A stretch of 55,341 nucleotides of DNA. Origin: a virus. Taxonomy: Duplodnaviria; Caudoviricetes. The notes beneath the pieces were generated by a model. It saw nothing but the letters and a program-made list of their open reading frames with translations. It searched no databases and was not told the origin of the DNA. A program made the position numbers and the translations under genes. The DNA is taken from the IMG/VR virus record IMGVR_UViG_3300032213_001903, positions 1 through 55,341 of that record. One strand, given 5' to 3'. Of this stretch, positions 52,600 to 55,341 are shown in pieces. Within the stretch, counting starts at the first letter, position 1, and the number at the start of each line of letters is the position of its first letter.

Positions 52600-55341
52600 T
52601 ATGCTACTCCTGCACCGTTAATGAACCAAGTATCACTTGCTACTTTCATTAGTGTTGCCATACCATAACCACCAACTACACGATTAGCCGCTGTACTGTT
52701 GCCTGCCATATACAATGTAACACCACTTGCCGCATTCACTAATATGTTACCTGCCGCTTGAACAACAATACTGATTGCTGTACCAGTAGTGAATGGAACT
52801 GTTGAGTTCAATGGAATAGTCAATGTCAAGTTACCAGCAGTAGTTGAGTAGTAATGTTTACCTGCATCGGTTGCAGCCAATGTAACGTTGCCAGCAGCCA
52901 CTTGAGGAATATCTCTATAACCTATTGCAGTGCCACCACCAGCCGGGCTATTAGCAATATCTATTGATAAGCCTCTTGCAGTTCCACCTTGCTCAAACAT
53001 TCGCAATGTATTTTGATATGCATCAATAGTAATACCACCTAATAAATTTCCATTTGGTGGTTGTGCCAATGAAATCTCACCGCCTTCATTACCCGAAGCA
53101 TTGGTTGATATTAGATATGATCCGGTAACATTACCTGTAGCATTAAATGTACCAGTAACATTAGCACCGGTGCTTGTAACTACTAATTCAACGTTGCTCC
53201 CGGCTGATTGAATTGAAACATTGCCGTTACTAGTAATAGTGATGTTTGAGTTACCATTCTGTAATAGACCGCTATTGATAGTAGTGATGTTACCTGTTGT
53301 AATGTTTGCTGTATTAGCAGTTACAACACCAGTAGTTGAGATGTTGCCACCAGCGATGTTGCCAGTACTTGGTTCAACTGTAGCATAGTTTACATATTTT
53401 AGATTACCATCATATGTCATTATACTCATAGCACCGTTAGAACTGATATCTTGTGCTACTGTTGGCGCTGGTATATTAGTCCAACTTGGAGCACTGTTTT
53501 CACCTGCGCTGGTTAATACTTGTCCAACATTACCAAAATTACCTTGTGTTAGATTGCCATTATAACTAGCACCCCATCCAATAGCCCCGTGCTCATTAAG
53601 TTCTAATGCGTAAGAGCCACTACTGTAGGTAAAGAACATTCTAGATTCACCAGATTCGGCGCTCTGCGGTCCCATCACTTGGTTGGTACTGTGACTAACA
53701 TAGCCAGCATCAGGTATTTCAAATAGAGTATTGTAGAATGGAGTAAAATTACTTGAATTGACTCCGACAGCCATGTAAACATTACCAGGATCGTTGTTGA
53801 CAAGAACTATGTTCATCGAGGCGTTACCGCCAGCATTTTGATTCTGTGCTATGATATCCGCAAAACCATCTTTGTTTTCTACTACTATTAGATTTGCACT
53901 TTCTGCATAATTTAAATTGCCACCAATATGAACTTGACCAAACAATGCTAAACCGTTGCCTGTGATATTATGTAAAGCTGTTGTTCCGTTTGCCGGGAAT
54001 GTTGCGTTGCCGGTTGTGTCAAATGTCCATTGTGCTGAGTTTCCATTGGCATCATCACTGCCGATCACAACATTGCCGGTATTAGCCAGTTTTACATACT
54101 TGCCGTCATCACCAAAGTATTGGTCAAAATAAGCGTTGTTGCCTGTATCAAGGTGAATGTGTGTGGCAACATCACCTCCACGCACTCTTAAATATTGTAC
54201 TGCACTATTAGCAATACTAGCATTTCCAGGGGCCAAATACAATCCACCACTGCCATCATTGCTGCCAGTGCCTATTACAATTTGGTCGCTAAATGTTACA
54301 TTGCCTGTGTTAACACCGCCACCGCCGTATGGACTACCGTTAGCATAGTTAATACTTGAGTAATTATTTGGTAATGTTATGTTACCGTCAACGCCGAATG
54401 TCCAATCAGTCGGAGCAGTATTATTATTACCGGCATTGGCAGCAGTATTATATTTGGTTATTACAAATGTTGCCCCACCATTACCAGCAGTCATAGTCAA
54501 TACATCACCTTCGGAATAACCTGTGCCCGGATCAGTTACACCAACGTTAACAACCTGACCACTTAAACCATAACCGTAACCTACTATCATACCTGTACCT
54601 GTGCCTCCGGAAATAGCAGAAGAACTTCCGCCACCACCGTAACCACTGCCACCAGTTAGTAATGTACAGATATTATATTGACCTGTTACTCGTAGTGTCA
54701 AGTCGTTTACATTCGGTGCAATGATAGTAGCACTGTTGGGTAGTGTTAAGTTACCAGAACCACCAAAATTCCATTGATTTGTTCCGGTGTTCAAAGTTAT
54801 TGCGCCAGGAGCAGTTGGGCCAGCACCACTATATATTGCAACATTGCCACCTACATATGGCCCTGTGCTATTTCCACTTCTTAGTGTGAGGTCTCCGCCT
54901 ACTTCTCCCCAACTCTGATTACCAATATTGGAACCTGCATCACCTGCAGTGATTGTTAGATCACCACCTGCTCCAGAATTAAGACTAGTTGCTGCAACAC
55001 CACCTGTACCAGCAGTAATCGTTAACGGAGCACCGGCTGCACCAGGTGTACCGGGGGACACTGCGTTGGCACCGTTAGGAGTTATAATATCGCCCGGTAA
55101 TGTTAGAGTACCATTTACGTTAAACGTCCAAGTACGACCATTGGCTGTGATATTAGTGCCAACATTGGCAGTTTCACTTATTTGGCTACCTTGAGGCAAT
55201 GTTAATGTACCTGCATTGTCAAATGTCCAACTGTATTCAGTATTGCCGCCCGAGTTAGCCCAAATCTGAAGATTTGCTGTTGAACTAATTTCACCATCAT
55301 CAGGATAAATCTTAATTGCGTCCCCAGTGAAACCAGTGAAT
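52599..55341 (-). CDS. Long tail fibre/structural protein (start beyond window)
   Basis: G/N/T-rich, repeated WTF...G.LTLP motifs, C-terminal IGYRDIPQ..DAGKH..TWFI.GAG. Confidence 0.75.
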   Translation of the reverse strand, partial: FTGFTGDAIKIYPDDGEISSTANLQIWANSGGNTEYSWTFDNAGTLTLPQGSQISETANVGTNITANGRTWTFNVNGTLTLPGDIITPNGANAVSPGTPGAAGAPLTITAGTGGVAATSLNSGAGGDLTITAGDAGSNIGNQSWGEVGGDLTLRSGNSTGPYVGGNVAIYSGAGPTAPGAITLNTGTNQWNFGGSGNLTLPNSATIIAPNVNDLTLRVTGQYNICTLLTGGSGYGGGGSSSAISGGTGTGMIVGYGYGLSGQVVNVGVTDPGTGYSEGDVLTMTAGNGGATFVITKYNTAANAGNNNTAPTDWTFGVDGNITLPNNYSSINYANGSPYGGGGVNTGNVTFSDQIVIGTGSNDGSGGLYLAPGNASIANSAVQYLRVRGGDVATHIHLDTGNNAYFDQYFGDDGKYVKLANTGNVVIGSDDANGNSAQWTFDTTGNATFPANGTTALHNITGNGLALFGQVHIGGNLNYAESANLIVVENKDGFADIIAQNQNAGGNASMNIVLVNNDPGNVYMAVGVNSSNFTPFYNTLFEIPDAGYVSHSTNQVMGPQSAESGESRMFFTYSSGSYALELNEHGAIGWGASYNGNLTQGNFGNVGQVLTSAGENSAPSWTNIPAPTVAQDISSNGAMSIMTYDGNLKYVNYATVEPSTGNIAGGNISTTGVVTANTANITTGNITTINSGLLQNGNSNITITSNGNVSIQSAGSNVELVVTSTGANVTGTFNATGNVTGSYLISTNASGNEGGEISLAQPPNGNLLGGITIDAYQNTLRMFEQGGTARGLSIDIANSPAGGGTAIGYRDIPQVAAGNVTLAATDAGKHYYSTTAGNLTLTIPLNSTVPFTTGTAISIVVQAAGNILVNAASGVTLYMAGNSTAANRVVGGYGMATLMKVASDTWFINGAGVA

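Overview
Segment of a large AT-rich lytic dsDNA (jumbo/T4-superfamily-like) phage genome. Left to right: end of a Cys/Gly/Asn-repeat fibre gene with a glycosyl-/methyl-/sulfotransferase block (1-6.8 kb); class Ia RNR (nrdA, nrdB, glutaredoxin), PAAR and probable structural genes, SleB hydrolase, redox/metabolic genes (iscU, ahpC, ahpD, glyA, aldolase); a modification-enzyme cluster (desaturase, DegT aminotransferase, 2OG-Fe oxygenase, GNAT-like, B12 radical SAM); a ~12 kb RNA island (26-38 kb) with ~37 tRNA/tRNA-like genes covering all 20 amino acids, three free-standing endonucleases and many non-tRNA structured RNAs; rpoZ; a DUF2828-like (TROVE/vWA, Ro60-related) gene; an early region with repeated sigma70 promoters and rIIA/rIIB; and convergent tail-fibre genes. 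Main candidate novel system: eight dispersed ncRNAs that share a covarying terminal 'clamp' helix followed by CAGCA(A) and carry variable cargo (isolated anticodon stem-loops, circularly permuted tRNAs, larger folds); three sit directly upstream of the DUF2828-like gene. The island is preceded by what looks like a ribosome-dependent attenuator whose 57-aa leader uses all 20 amino acids, has rrn-like boxB/boxA leaders, and contains two 'rewired' tRNAs with the D-loop placed after the anticodon arm. All RNA folds and protein families were assigned by eye, without searches.
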